A stretch of DNA of 64,000 nucleotides from Balanoglossus misakiensis. Lineage: Eukaryota > Animalia > Hemichordata. Position 1 is the stretch's first letter, and each line of letters starts with the position of its first letter. Where the stretch lies: assembly GCA_040954595.2 (NCBI GenBank), contig CM082581.2:14023921-14087920 (forward strand), given 5' to 3'. This document shows positions 12,901 to 50,727 of the stretch, one piece after another. A program made the position numbers and the translations under genes. The notes beneath the pieces are model-generated. The model saw only the letters and a program-made list of their open reading frames with translations. It was not told the origin of the DNA and did no database searches.

Positions 12901-15900
12901 TGCATACAACTCGTAACAGACAAAATAACAAGAGACTGAGTGTCGTTCAGACTCATTAAATTATCACTTGCAGAGATCAAAGAATACAGATGTGAGTATG
13001 CATAACTAAACTATGTGGTTCTCGTCGATTCTAACAAGCTGTCGTTTCCGAAAATCCCAACGAAATCAGAACATTCCATGCGTAATTAAATAGTATAGAC
13101 GTGGGAATGCACTACACTGATAAGTACATTATGCGACGTTGCAAGTTTGATTGAACAGCCTACATACATGACATGGAGAAAAGAGAGTATGAATCTAAAT
13201 TCATTTTCAGTTGAAAAAAAAAGACTTATGAAGTGAAGGTTTAGATAGAATTGACAGTTGTCTTTGGAGAAATTCAATCAGGTTCTGAAAATTGGATGTC
13301 AAAGTTCATTTGAAAAACATCATTGGGATGTAGGATTTGATTTCCATAATTTGATGCAAATGACAGTTCCATTTTGGTGAGAAAATTGTATTTCAGAGAG
13401 TTTGCATAATCAAGTCCTGGTGAAACACATCATTTTTCAACTCCGGGCAGCATAAATTGCAATATTTTGACAATTCTAGTTTTAAACTTAAATACTGTGA
13501 TAAATATGAGGAGAACTTATGAAGTGTATACATGTATTTTATATGAAGTGTACATTCACAAAAAAACCTATATGATAAACCCACAATATGAATGCATGTA
13601 TACGAGTTTTTTACGTACCTTCCTTATTCATCTGTAAGGCCCTGATGTAGTGTTTTCTCTGCAATTCTCTTGTTTCATCACGCCAATTCAACAATAGTTC
13701 TTGATCCCTGTAAGGAGAGGAGAGAGAGCAGGAGTATAGGAGGGAGAAGAGAGAAAAAGAAACAAGTCATTGTCAATGACATAGTCCCCACAAGATCAAA
13801 ATATTCAAAATAAACACTGGAAGAGGCAGCCAAATCTGTATTGTGATTGAAACTGATATCAACAGATTGCAACAGCAGAGATTCCAATATCAACTAGTGT
13901 CTGATAATTGAGATTTTGGCTTATGTCAGATTTTCCAACAGTTAGAGAAGTTTTTCTCATGTGAGACCAGCTTTTTGATATGATCAGGAGTACAAATTAC
14001 CCTTTTTTTTATTTCAATGAACATGTATTCCATAATCACGCAATTACTTAACGCAAAAGTGCACTTAAAAATAACTCTGATGTCAGCTGCAGCCTATTAC
14101 ATGGTCAACTTTGGAGATAAACTAAAACTGAGAACGTGGCAGGAATTTGAATGTGTTCTGACGAGCGATTTGAGGGTTCATATTTTATTCATACAATGAA
14201 GTATCCATTACCATACTCTCCAATTTGGATTTGTATTTTATGACTTCTTCCGCTCTAACTTACATTGATTACAAATCCATCTGTTGGGAAATTTCAAATA
14301 GAGTTTGCCTCCGTCAGTCAAAATTACCGTGCTACGGTTTGGGGATAGAAATCAATCTAACACTACAAAATTACACATCCCCCTGGTTTGAACGGGATAA
14401 TCTGATTGCAGCAAAGCAATGCAATATAGAACTGGCTTTATTGTGTCCAACCTGTTTGGAAAGATGCTTCCTCGTTCATGTATACATCAGTATACTGCCG
14501 CAGCTGGAGGTGAGAGGGTCAACATTTTGCCTACTGGAAATCTTGCACAAATGAAAATGGTTGCTATTCAGCCATTTTGGATCACATTGCAAAACAACAG
14601 AATGTACATATAGCTGTTGTTGTGGAAAGCTTTCATTCATTTCATTTCTGTTCTGACTGGTTATTAGTTTCATAAAAGCGCGAAGCAAATCTGTGAGCAA
14701 TATGGGACAAAGCAATTTCACTACAGTTTCATTTTCATTGAAAGCAAAATCTATAAATTGATACATGGGAGAAATGGATTGATATAATGGGGAAATTTTC
14801 TGGCATATGGAGATTAATTCAAAGCATTACGTGAATGCGACCATATATCTTATGACTGATCTCTTACAGTAGAGTTCAGACAATTATTTTGCAGCGGAAA
14901 TTTCTTCTAATGCACATAATGTCCACAATGGCACGTTAAGTACTTGTAAAATGAAATGGGGCACACTGTATGTTTTAGTTACAATACTCTGATTAAATTA
15001 TAAATATGAAATGCAAAGTTAAAGAAAATTCTGGATTATAGAAACTTAGAAAGGCTGTTTTTAAAACTCAAGATGGGCTCAGAGAATCAATTAAAAGGTG
15101 GTTTGCATCATTTCTGGTAAATCCTGAATCTTGATTTCACCCCCCCCCCCCCCTAAACATTCAAGAAAAGAGGGACTTGTGGATTTGAATTCAGGAGAGA
15201 AAACTTTACATGTACTCATCAGATGGAGCAATGATCTGAGCAATAATGGTATACCCTGGTTCAATCTTTGTTTCTCCCAAGCTGAGCTGACTGATAACTG
15301 AAGGTATATGCAGAGTGACGATTTTCATTCAAAAACACACATTTCTGCTGATGCAAAATATCAAGAGCTATATCTGTCGGTTTGAAGATATGCACTGCGA
15401 TAAAAGTCAGAATCAAGCTGTGCCTGAGATGAGGAAAAGATTAATTCTTCCATTTGTGTTTTGGTTTCAGGGTTGATTGATGATGTGATATGGCAACTTT
15501 TAGGCTCATTCTAAAAAAAAATGAAAAATGCAGCGAAATCCATCTCAATTAGATTCCTTGGGCTACATTTGTCATTGTTTGAAGTATAAGTGAACATTCA
15601 CCAGAAACAAAGATCAAACGGCAATTCCAGACTATTCATAATTAATAGTATACGCCTTTCGGAGCTGACATTGCAGAGTTTTTATTCAAAAGGATCTCCT
15701 TAGCAGTCAGTCAACTGCCTTCGCTGGTTTAGTGTAATTTTGTTAAATTCATACAGCATTTGTGAGGCTTTTTAAACCTTGAATGCCTGTTTTTCTTAGG
15801 TTTTCCCCATGGGAACAGAGAAAAAAAAACTTGTTGCTCAGCTACAGAGTGATGCAAGTAACTGATAAATAAAGTATGATGAATTCGGTAACAGTGTTCA

Positions 15901-18900
15901 AGCCCCGTGCCCAATTGTGAGTCACTGGAGATTCATTAGATGTCTTGCTTTCAATTCTTTGGACATAGACCCAGTATCAATTCCAACGATCTTCCATGCT
16001 TAATTGTCAAACAGTCCAAAAAAATCAATGTTTAGGTAATTTTATGTAAGCCAGTTGAATCACATGCTCTCTTCTTCTCCTAATCTTTTTATCTCTTCCC
16101 TCAGAGCGGCTGCTTCGTTGGAAGCATATTTCCCAGAAGGGATGTGGTGAAAATTGAAATTTTCTTATAATCACAAGCGGGCATGCTCCCTGCAGGTAAC
16201 CCATTCCTGTGTTGAGAGCAAGCAATAAAACTCAATTGTCAACTCATCCATACTTGTAATTTGGTTTTCCAGGTGACAGCTACAGGCTGTGGAAAACAAG
16301 AATGACGTTTCTTGTCTGAGTAATTTAAAATTGAACCTGTTTTGCCAGATGCTGGTGTATGAGTTTTAACTATAGATAGTCTCACTTTGTTGGCAATCCG
16401 ATTCCAACATTCTAGACTAAAGTCTGTAATCTAAGACGGAGATGTCAAGAAATGTTAGTTTTACTATTTGTAAATGAGTGACTTGTTCTGTTCTCAGATT
16501 TAAAAAGCAGTAAATTTAACATCTGCGTTTAAAATAACCAGCAAGAAAAACAAGCTCAATTTTCCTTTGTGAGCAGAACTGTATCCGTTTTGACAGGCTC
16601 ACCAATCCTGTGTGATATGGGGTTAAAGTTTGTGACCTGTAGGTCACGTCATGACATTTCCATTACACCAGTACTGACTTAAAAACTTTCCTTGAACCAA
16701 GAATATATCTGTTATATTGATTTGCACTGGGAATCACATTGATTTCCTTGAACATTTTAAAAAGATGTTTTGGCATATTTTAAGCTGCTGGGATTGATAA
16801 CTTTTCTTTCTCTGTCTTCCCATTTTACTTCAGAACCACCCTTTCCCTCATCAATTCTCAATTGATGTCATGGTAACAATGACATCATTATCCCATCTTC
16901 TTTTTGTGCGTACTGGTCTGACAGTTTCAATAACAAAAATATATCTTGTATCTGAAATGTGTTTCAGCATTCTGACATAGCAATATATCTTGTAACTGAA
17001 AACTTAGGGAGACCATGCACACTTACAAAGTAATATTCAGCGTTAGAGTCCAACAACTCATACATGTATGCAACGCAACCAATCCTGAATGTTCGCTCAT
17101 TTTTTGTTTGAGTTGTTTAACAATTTTCATGTCTGTCGGGTGTGGAAGATTAGCTGGGTAAACACAAAGACAGCGTGCATGCAATATCACACTGTAGTCC
17201 CCCCTAGAAAAATCATTCCACTGAGTGAAACAACAGCTGACACTGTCAGACACTGTGTTGAAGTTCTGTCCTTTACAGAATGCCGCTAAAGCTCTTGACA
17301 CTCTAGCAGACGTGACTCAATATACCACTTTAATCAAAGAACTAGCGTTGCCAGGAGCAACTGTAAATGCTTTCACGGAGAGGTGTCGAATGCCATCAGA
17401 GACGTTCCACAGATTTCGCTGTCTGCATGCAGAATGCAATAATGCTAGTTACACAATGGACTCCTTTAATTAGTTCTTGAATAATCAATCTGGATTTTTT
17501 CTTCTCTGTGATCAAAGTTGCGAATTTTGTCGCAACGTCAGGGATCCAAGGATGAATGATACACATGGAGGGTGTACATAGCAGAAGCACTGGTAAATTT
17601 TGATTTGAACCACATGTTTTTGCTTCACTGCATATTTACATATTGACTGATACACGCAGCAGAGATTGACCATTTTAGACCACAATGTAGTTATGATGTT
17701 GGCATGTAAAAATCCAGAAACAATGGATTTTTAAAGTCAGTGAATTTGAAGTAAAGAATACAAGCTTTTTCGAAGAACATAAATTCTGATCACCGAGATG
17801 TTGAGATTTGATAATTTAGACTGATGGACAATCATGGTGAAAAGTTATCAGTAGGTCTGAGTAAATATGCCAGCTATAGAGGTTGTCATGGATACAGATA
17901 TGGCTTCAGGTGGTTTCAATAAAGCTCTTGAAGGAACTTTTCCGTGTGAATTATTTTTCTTGAAAAGATAAGTGATATGGACGCACCTAGCAGAAACTAC
18001 TTTGCAAATTACTTCCAGAACTATAGTCATGGTACAAAGATGAACAGCTGAGAATATTCGAAGTGTGCATTATTATCACCGGGAATACTGAGACAGGAAC
18101 ACATTTACAGCAGCATCATTCAGTGAAGTATGTACGCATGAAATCTTTCCAATTCCAAGGAAACAGCATATAAACTCTCTGATCTGTTTTGCACAGGGAG
18201 CACGCAAAATTAACCCTGCTGGTCAGTGATTATATTTTCACCAAACATGTTTCAACATTCAGGAAAATGTTAGAAAACTTTATGACAATCAACTCTCTAC
18301 GCTCTGTGGCCACAATATGCAATATGTAACTAATGTCATGTTAGAGATGTCTGATAAACTTATATTCATAAAATAATTGTTCATTTGAGACTATTTTAAG
18401 AGTCGCAAAACACTTCATTGTGGCTATGTTAATTGATGCTCCTATGAGAAAAATCTTCAACGAAACAGCTGATTTGTTATCATATGATAGCAGAAGTTGT
18501 ATTTGATAAAGATTATTCCAAAGGTAGCAGTATGCAAATAATTGATATATTGAGAACACACATCTTGCTGAACGATAACTCGTCAGTCGTCAGAATTTGT
18601 CTAGACTCTGATCAGCCCAGCGGCAAAAACAAAAAAATCATTGGGAGTCATTTCTCATGTAATCTTACTCCGGCATGTTTTTCCAGTGTGTCTTGATTTT
18701 ATGTGAGGAAGTGAAATCAGTGACTGCAGTTCTGGTCTTGAATTTAGATTTTACTTTTATCAAAATCTAATCCTAAGCAATATGTGATATAAAAGTTATG
18801 TAAAACACAATCATTCACAGCAAAAGCAGACACTGACACTGTGTGACTAGAATGCAAATAAGCCTTGAGGACGATAACAGACATGAACGTTCAGTACATA

Positions 18901-21900
18901 CCTCCTTCTCTGTTCAATCAACATCTGTTTCTGTTTCAATTCTTTCAGCTGAGCCAGTCTTCTCTCTTCGATTATTCTGGACTCGATAGGATCTATCGTT
19001 GGTGGAGACGGGATTCTCTGTTTTTGTTTATTCTTTCGCCTGTAAGGATCATCAAATGCGCTAACATTATCAAATTATGTCAAAGAAACATACCCAGATG
19101 TCAAACATCAAATTTTGTCATACAAAAGGCATGGAATTTGGCTGGGTGGTATGATAGCCAATGTTGCACACCATTTTCCATTTTTCGGATTTTGGAAGCA
19201 ACACTTGAGAATAATGCCAAAGATTTCTACAATCTACATTACCTCAGAGCGTGTGGATGACAGCAAATTATCCACATAAGTGCATTTTCTACAAGTCTTC
19301 TAGTCAAAAAAACAATTTATCAAAGGAGCACACAGACTATCTCCTCCTACATGCGTGGTTATAGATTCTTACAGATCTCAATAACTGAGCTTTTAACAAT
19401 GTCTGACTACTTCAAGGGGACTCTGTCATATTGGCTGATTCACTTTAAGCACTTTGTTATTGCATCATACAGAAATGTCAGTGTAAAAAAGTTTGAAGCG
19501 ATTTACATGACAGCTAATACTGGGTGCTTTATTGAGTTATATAAAATGTCATGAAGGCAGGAAGCTGCGCACAAAATGTCACCATGGAAACACAGCTGTT
19601 GCGTTCTGCCAGGGCAATTTGGTTGCCCTTGGAGACAAGCAACTTCGGCTAGCTAGGTGACCGCACTCTTTCCAAAGTTCTGTGTTCGAACTCTTAAACA
19701 CAACCAAACTCACCTATCTTTACCAAGAATTCCCAACGCACCCGCTTTCTTGAACCTGTCGTACTGTAATTTTCTATATTCATCATAACTTATTGGTCTA
19801 TGTAAATTAACAGATTTTGGCCGTGGAAATTCAATATCCGAAGGGTCACTGGTCACTGTGGACCGAGACTGACCACTGAATACACGTCGACGCCTCTTGC
19901 CACTTTTAGTTCGAGATCGGGAGAATTCGTCTGAACTTGATGAAGATTGTCTGTCGGATGTATCATCAATCCGTAAATCTTCAAACTCCAAATCTATCAA
20001 TCAAAATAGAAATGAATGACATTTGCAAATGTCAGAATCCTACAAATATACTCATGACACAAGGGGGAAGAAAATTGAAGAAGTTGATGAGTTATTGGCC
20101 AGACACTACACTTAGGAAAAATTTGCAATCACTTAAATCCCATCATCATGAGAAGGACTAGATAAAAATCACCCTCATTTTTAGAAATTAAACTTTCACC
20201 TACTGACTGGCCACACAACGGGATGTGAGTCATCCCCAAAACTGTCTGTTTCCTAAAGCCACATGCTGAGGGAAACTGACTTTTTTGGCATGACTCGATC
20301 ACAGGCCCAAGGGGGAAAAACATGCTGTTGGCCAGTCAATAAGTGTTTTGTGATATGCTTCAATGAATTTATTGTCTTTGCACGGGTTCAACTAGAAAAT
20401 GCAATGTCTTCATTACTCATTACTTTACATGTGCACAGGAGTAGATGACTTCCATGTTACAGTAATGTCCGTCGGGGTTAAAGTTCGAAAACACAACTGT
20501 GTGATAATAATGACTCGTCACAGTACAGACAATGGATGAAGCGTTTTACAATGCAGAATATGTTATTTAGATAGGTGTAGTATGATAACACATGCCCTTG
20601 CCATTGTTATGTACAATGAAGTTCCAGTAAGATGAACTTTTGCATTGTGTCACTCTGGCACACTCTGTCAGAACATGTCATGTGGTTAGGTATGTCTGGG
20701 GACAATCAATGTTTCAGTGTGGCAACTATCATGTGCTTGGTGATACAAACCGGGCCGTATTATAACCAGTCACATACGGTTCAATAGATCTTGGAATTTA
20801 AATACAGTTTCAGGGCCTCTACTTTGGATTGCAAGAAGCAGATCAGGTAACAACCAACACAGGGAAAATCACTTGGAAACTCTCTCCATACCTGCAGCAC
20901 TCAGTTTTCTAGTCTTTGCAGACAGAGCCTCTCGCAGATAACGCATGATTTCTTTGACTCCTCGGGCGACCACTTTTGGTGGCGGGAACTCCAAAGGGTT
21001 GTCATGGATATGTAGACCCGTCAATGTTTCAAGCATTCCTGTTTGTGGATGAAACAACAGGAAACAAATTACATGAGATAGTTGTCTTTGTTGGTAATTA
21101 AAACTTTGACAAATGTATTATTAGAGTACTTGTAATTAACGTGCAGTTATTCATTTATAAAATTATAGCTGTGAGCTGTTGTTTGTTTGCTTTCTACATA
21201 TTGTTATGTAGTTTAGATTCAGATAATTTTAGACATATCTAATTCATGAAAGCCCTTTAATATTTACAGAGTAAAACAGAACTTGTAAAATATTGAAATC
21301 ATGGCTTTCATCATTATCTTTATTGCTATACACCATGGAATACCTCTCAAGGATGCAATAAAGCATCATGATTTTTTCATACATGTACTTATGACATTTA
21401 AACAAGTAGCTGATTCTTTTCTATGCAAATCAAAATGATAAGGTATCGAATTGCATGTATACAATATTCATTTCAGAGATGGATAAACATTTGAAGATTG
21501 AGTCACAGCTGTGACCTTAAACTGAGGGCAAAATTTCATATTTGAAATTCTTCACCAGACAAATCTGATTTCTATTAAGCACAAACGTTTTCTACTGCAG
21601 TTGTCAGCTGTAGACACAGTCTGATTAAAATCATCTGTAGAGATAGGATCCAATCTTTGTTAGGTCTTTGCTGTTCTTATTCTGCCGTTGTCGCAGCCAA
21701 GATCCAACAAAGGTAAGGATGGAGACAGTATCTCTACAGCTGATTTTAATTGGATTGCTGTAGACAGTATTTGCTTTTCGCAGAGTATGACTGGATAACA
21801 TTGTGATAGCCCCAGATCTCTGCCTCATCTCCATCTCAGGAAGGAAATCTACCACATCATCTGCAAAAGAAACTGATGGGTAAAAGTCAGATAGGAGTTG

Positions 21901-24900
21901 ACCCTCCCTAGGAGATCAATATCCTAGTGACATGACCATCACAACTCACCAAGCTCTGCTGGAAGTTCTTTCAGTTGATTCCCATCAACAATCAAGGTCT
22001 TTAAATGTCTAGAAAAAAAAAGTTAAACTGTACTGTGAATCTTCTTAATCATACACACTGGGCACTAGAGACTTTTATACAAAAAATCTTTTACTATTAA
22101 GTTCTATCTGATGTGAAAGGAATCCGCAGTCACTATCGTTACCATGGTATTCAGCGAAATTGATCCCCAGTTCAACATTTGAACTTGAAGGACATTTCGA
22201 CTTTTGTTTGACTTTGGTGCAATTGTCACAGATCACAAGCCTTACATAGCATCTAGGATTGACAGCACCTCACCACATGACACACAGAGCTGAATTTCAT
22301 TATAACAAGTGAGGACGTACAATCCAGCTGTGTAAATGTATGCGTGTGCAACTGTGGGATATTGTATCACAGCATGCAATCCCTGATAACTACTTGAAAG
22401 TCATACAAAAATTTATTCCCCTAGTCCTCGTCCTCAATTGTCCAAATATCAAACTGTGATAATTTCTGCTGCATTACATGTAAATGATACACAGTGAATA
22501 CTGTAGTGTATTGTGGGTACAAAGTATCATACAAGTCAAGTAATGGTAGCTGAAACAAAACGTGGACACAAGATATTTCGTATGTGTTCACTAACACAAG
22601 GATCTGATTGTCCTGCTGACCATTCAAATTCCAAGTTTTGCCTGTTACAGGTGACCCCTGAAACAGGTCAAGCATGAACACAGTCATAAAACGTGTTCTG
22701 TTACACAACAGTGAGTGTTGTGTAACAAAAAAACATCACTGAAACACGAGGTACACTTTGAAAAAACTACAGAGAGAACCCCGCATTCACATTGTGGCAG
22801 AGATTGCTGTCACAAACTCTTTCACGCACAAATCACGCTGTGAAATTGAATTCTTGATACTTTCAAAACAGGGTACTTGTGAAACCACTTCCCGTGAGAC
22901 ACATTAGAAATTGTATTTTCATATCGTTCACTGCTGTTTGTATGAAATTATATTGACAGTTATTACGTTAGCGAAGACATTGGTATTCACATCAAACATG
23001 GTTCTAGCAATATAATCTTTGTGAGATTAAACTATTCAACAATAAAACTTCTCTATCAGCACTACGACCAGGCTTCATAATAATTGTCTTCATTTTCATT
23101 CATGCTATGAAGACCGCAAATAATGTTATTTGTCTCTAATACTGAAAACTTTTAAAGTTTAACCTACAAAATATGTTATGGCATGCACACATATATTCAC
23201 ACTTTGGCAACATTATGAAATACATTTATCACCAACATCTTACACAATAAAACTTAACCCTCTTCCAACTGGTCACAACGTCACTGACCTCACATACCCA
23301 TGCATCCAGTCTTTCATATAGAGCCAGTGCATACATATGTACAATGACTTGTCTGTGATTGATCTGGTCTGTGTTTTGATTGATTTTTGTCCGATGAAAG
23401 ATTGCAAAATCCCTGTGTCCACACAACAGGAGAATACCACACTTATCTCAACAATAGACACTGTTTTGAGAACTAAATCTCCACTTGTAACAATCTTACC
23501 GGTGGCTTCCAATGGATGCTGGAAGACTTCTGAGTTCGTTATTTCGTACATCAAGCCATTTCAGCTCTGGCAGGGCTTCAAACAGTTCACTTGGTATTTC
23601 TGTTAGCTTATTTCCTTCCATATACAGGTACTGTGAAAGAAATATAAGTGGTTGGTATCTTTTATTCATTTCTCATTAAGCAAAAAGGGAAATTATATTC
23701 AGTGATTGTTGTTTTTTCCCAAATGCAAGTGCACCTTGGGAAATAAAAGTACTCTCTGTTGGATCTGTTGCTGTCAACAGTATGAGAGTCAGTCTGACTC
23801 TTGCCACAGCTCCGAGTGGCACCATTTCTTCTCACTCGTCAGTCTGAGTTCCTGTTTAGCAGAGCCGTGCAGGAAACGAGATTAACCCATCCCCAAAAGG
23901 CTTGCTTCTAAAGTTACAGCTATGCTCAACTTCTTTCTGTATGTGTTACATATATATCTTCTTTAGAGCATGTGAACTCTCAGTTGCTGGGGACAGAAGC
24001 TTTTATACATACACAATATCCCACCCTGAGATGCTGGGGTCTGAGATCAGATTTTATTTATTGAATACAGATTTCAAAGGAAATAAAAGACAGTGACATT
24101 GCTTGCTTTTTGGACAGTTAGTGATTTCTGGCTATTTTTAGTTTTCTTGTTCTCTCTCTCTCTAAAACCAAACATTTTCTACTCTCTCTTATCAGCTATC
24201 AGTTTCACAGGTTTTCCAGATACCTTACTGTTTGATTTGTTTTTGCCTGTAGATGTTGCTGCCAAGTCAACTAAAATATGGTGAATTTAGGAATCATTTA
24301 CAAACATGTAAGTTAGCAATATACTGCTATATACTTTTGTCAAAGTTAATCATACATTCAGTGTTACTCTTTAACAGAGGATAATGTTCCCTTTAAAGTT
24401 AAATTAGCAGTTGAAGGGTCAAGCTGCAGTAAATTTAATTGCCATGTTTTGGAAGTAGATGTCGAGCAATATATGCAGTGGCCCTTGGGAAAAGTTGGAA
24501 TTATTTGGTGATTTACAAATTTGAGGTGACCTGACAAGGCAAAGGTTGGTGGCAGCATTTCTTTGAAGTTTTCATCAAATTAAAGACAAAAGGTCACATA
24601 TGCAAATTTAGACAAAGTTGTCATGGTGACATTTCAACCTTATATGGGCATATGTAAATTAAGGATGATTAAAGTTCAACATTCCCAGAAAAAGGGTCAT
24701 CTTTATGATCAAGAATGATGTTCTTGATAAGTTTAACATGTGCCATGAACATGCAGAGATAACATATTGTTATGGGGAATATTAAATCGTTCCTCTGTCA
24801 TCTTGATCTTGGTAATGAACTGAAATCATACCGCGACCTTTCAACTCCCAGAGTGCCACTGTCCCAGTTGAAAGGTCACAATGCAGTACATGTACTTCTT

Positions 24901-25322
24901 CATCACTTCATGTTGAATTCCGAGCTGCATGATGCTACAGGTCGAGACTAGGAAAATGTATATTTCACGCCAGCAAATGTACACATCGCGTACATTTCTG
25001 GGCTTTACCATACATGTATGATTTAGGACGTACAAAATGTCGCACAATATAGAGCGAATATTATGATACGAACCTGGATATGCCCGAGTTGTAAAATTTC
25101 ATCTGGTAACTTAGCAATCTGTTTGCCGCTGATATCTAATGTTATTGCGCCCAAAATTCGGGCCCTGGTTATCAGTTCATTTACTACCTCTTCCTTACTC
25201 TTTGTCGATTTTCTCAGAGATGTTGAATTTCCAGACTCTGGTCTGGCTCCTGATGATGTACCACGCTCCAGATCGTCGCCATTCGATATTTTATTGGTCA
25301 CCGTATCTGCGGTGTCCGCCAT
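3933..25322 (-). CDS. LRRC27: Leucine-rich repeat-containing protein 27-like, 11 core exons, 490 aa
   Basis: Minus-strand exons 25322-25074, 23630-23500, 22008-21950, 21038-20892, 19993-19714, 19039-18902, 13707-13619, 10351-10269, 9024-8948, 8731-8605 and 4025-3933. All are GT-AG and splice into a 1473-nt ORF. LRRs YLYMEGNKLTEIPSELFEALPELKWLDVRNNELRSLPASIGSHRHLKTLIVDGNQLKELPAELG...DNPLEFPPPKVVARG, coiled-coil segments (RRRDQELLLNWR, RAPYDTD, AREKELEERIKTH) and C-terminal EYRFKAFTGD resemble LRRC27. Adjacency to STK32 supports the call. Confidence 0.88.
4436..4500. repeat. TTAA-CCCTTTCACC terminus of a putative piggyBac-like MITE
   Basis: TTAACCCTTTCACC at 4436-4449; the same 14-mer occurs in reverse orientation at 37507-37520 (GGTGAAAGGGTTAA). 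TTAA followed by CCC is typical of piggyBac-derived MITE ends. Confidence 0.4.
10921..10974. repeat. Imperfect (TG)n microsatellite
   Basis: gtgtatgtgtgtgtgtgggatgtgtgtgtgcacacgtgcgtgtgtgtgtgtgtg. Confidence 0.85.
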
Positions 25323-26479
25323 GTTTTGGAATGACAACACAGCTTGTCGCGCCGTGCCCGTACGTGTAACGGATGTACTCGAATGCGGAAATATTTAGTT
25401 GGCCTCTGACTCGCGATCGCCTAGTCAATCCTCGGCAACCAGTTCCAAAGTCCACATATTATGATAAGATGATCAAAAACAGTACCCTTCCGGTGTTCGC
25501 TATGTCATTGCTTCGCGACGACAGTGGAGGCGGCGCTCAAATAAAATGGCGGACCTCCGTAGTGTAAACAATTTATTTACAATTGCTATGGCGACAGTAT
25601 TTGTTAGTCGTGCAGTTACAATTTCTCCACACAGAACTGTAGCATTTTTGATGATCTTATCAACAGAAAAGAACAATTAATTAATGGGAATTAAATATTT
25701 TATCATAAATTTTCTATAACGGTGTTATAAATCAGCACTAAACCGTGGAAGGTATATATTTACGTGACCGGGAAAGTTTACGTCCTCGAAACAGCGGGGT
25801 CAAGTGAGTTCGACCCCGGAATGTCTTATTCTCTCGTGGGGTAGGTGGACCCGCATGGGCGAGTCGGAAAAACAAACTAATTAGGCAATCAGATGCATCC
25901 TTTATTACCTTGTTCACGGGTTTGTGGGTTGCTTATAATCGCTGTTCCCCTCCAAAAAGGAAAGAATTATTTTAGCAAGACACTCATCAGGTACGGCTAT
26001 TCCGACTTCATAGTTGCTCTTTGAGCGTGTTTTTCCCCCAGCATCTTGTTTGGTTCTGATTTTTTTAGAGAGAGAGAGAGAGAGCGCACTGATGATGCGC
26101 CGGAGCTAAAAAAAGGTTGTCTGAGAAACGGGATCCAGATATATTCAGTGTCACTGAGGACTGCGCTAGAAGACTTATGTCATTGATTGGAGTACATATT
26201 GGAGTAAAATACACCGGTGTGATGTCCGTTCAGTGACGACGGAATGACTATCGCTTGAGAAGGAATTTTTATTCAAGAGATACAGAGTGTACCCATCAGA
26301 CAAAAATAACAATCAACGAGCCTTGCGGTGATAGCACAAGTTAACTGGACAATCGCGTTTTTTTCCACATGTAGATTGTGTGTCAGCATTGTTTTTACAC
26401 GTCTGAGTTGTTTTTTCTGCTCTGTCCTTCTCCACCAGGGAGGACAGAAACGACCAAAGCTGCCAAAATAGGGTGCACA
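25323..26479. promoter_or_regulatory. CpG-rich bidirectional promoter and 5' UTR region shared by LRRC27 and STK32
   Basis: 1157 bp between the divergent start codons, visibly CpG-dense. Contains TCGCGA at 25411 and 25513, ETS-type CTTCCGGT at 25487-25494 and YY1-type AAAATGGCGG at 25543-25552. A probable STK32 5' UTR intron runs from donor caa|GTGAGT (25804) to acceptor tccttctccaccAG (26438). Confidence 0.7.
26067..26084. repeat. (AG)9 microsatellite in the STK32 5' region
   Basis: agagagagagagagagag read directly. Confidence 0.9.
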
Positions 26480-50144
<23,665 letters not shown>

Positions 50145-50662
50145 ATCAAGTCAGTGGTGGATTATTTTTATCATTTACTACATTGAGCTCACCCTGTCTA
50201 AGAGTTCAGTGGTCCCGTTTTCTCTCATTTGTCACAAGTGGGATCTGCCATTGCCATAGTCAAACACAGGGGAAAATTTGACGATCAAGGTGTCTTGTAT
50301 AGCATTTGCCAAAGATGCTTTTTGAGGGAGAACTTGTACATTTTATACAAAGTTTTCTTTGCATCGGTAGGATGTATCTAGTATTGTATGTATCTTTATC
50401 AGGTGATAAACTGCTTTAGATAGTGTCAAATGTTTATAAAAAAAAACTAATTTGTAGAATAAGGAGATCATGTAAATACTGCAAGAATCGTTTTCTCTGA
50501 AAATGTAGTTTATAACTTTGTTTTGTATTGTGACGGAAAAGGTGCCAGAGGTTATGCTTTGACACAAGCTATTGATGAAGACTATCATGTTATTGAGGAT
50601 ATTGTGTTGTTGAATATGTGTGACAGTTTCAATTTTATGATTGGGTTTATCAAACAATCATG

Positions 50663-50727
50663 CATACACAAACACACACACACATACATACATACATACA
50701 CATATTCATACACATGTATACACATAC
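50663..50727. repeat. (CA)n/(CATA)n compound microsatellite in the STK32 3' UTR
   Basis: catacacaaacacacacacacatacatacatacatacacatattcatacacatgtatacacatac. Confidence 0.85.

Noticed and set aside
16939-17001. Short direct repeat atatatcttgta(t/a)ctgaaa
   Set aside because: Two-copy AT-rich local duplication with no further structure.
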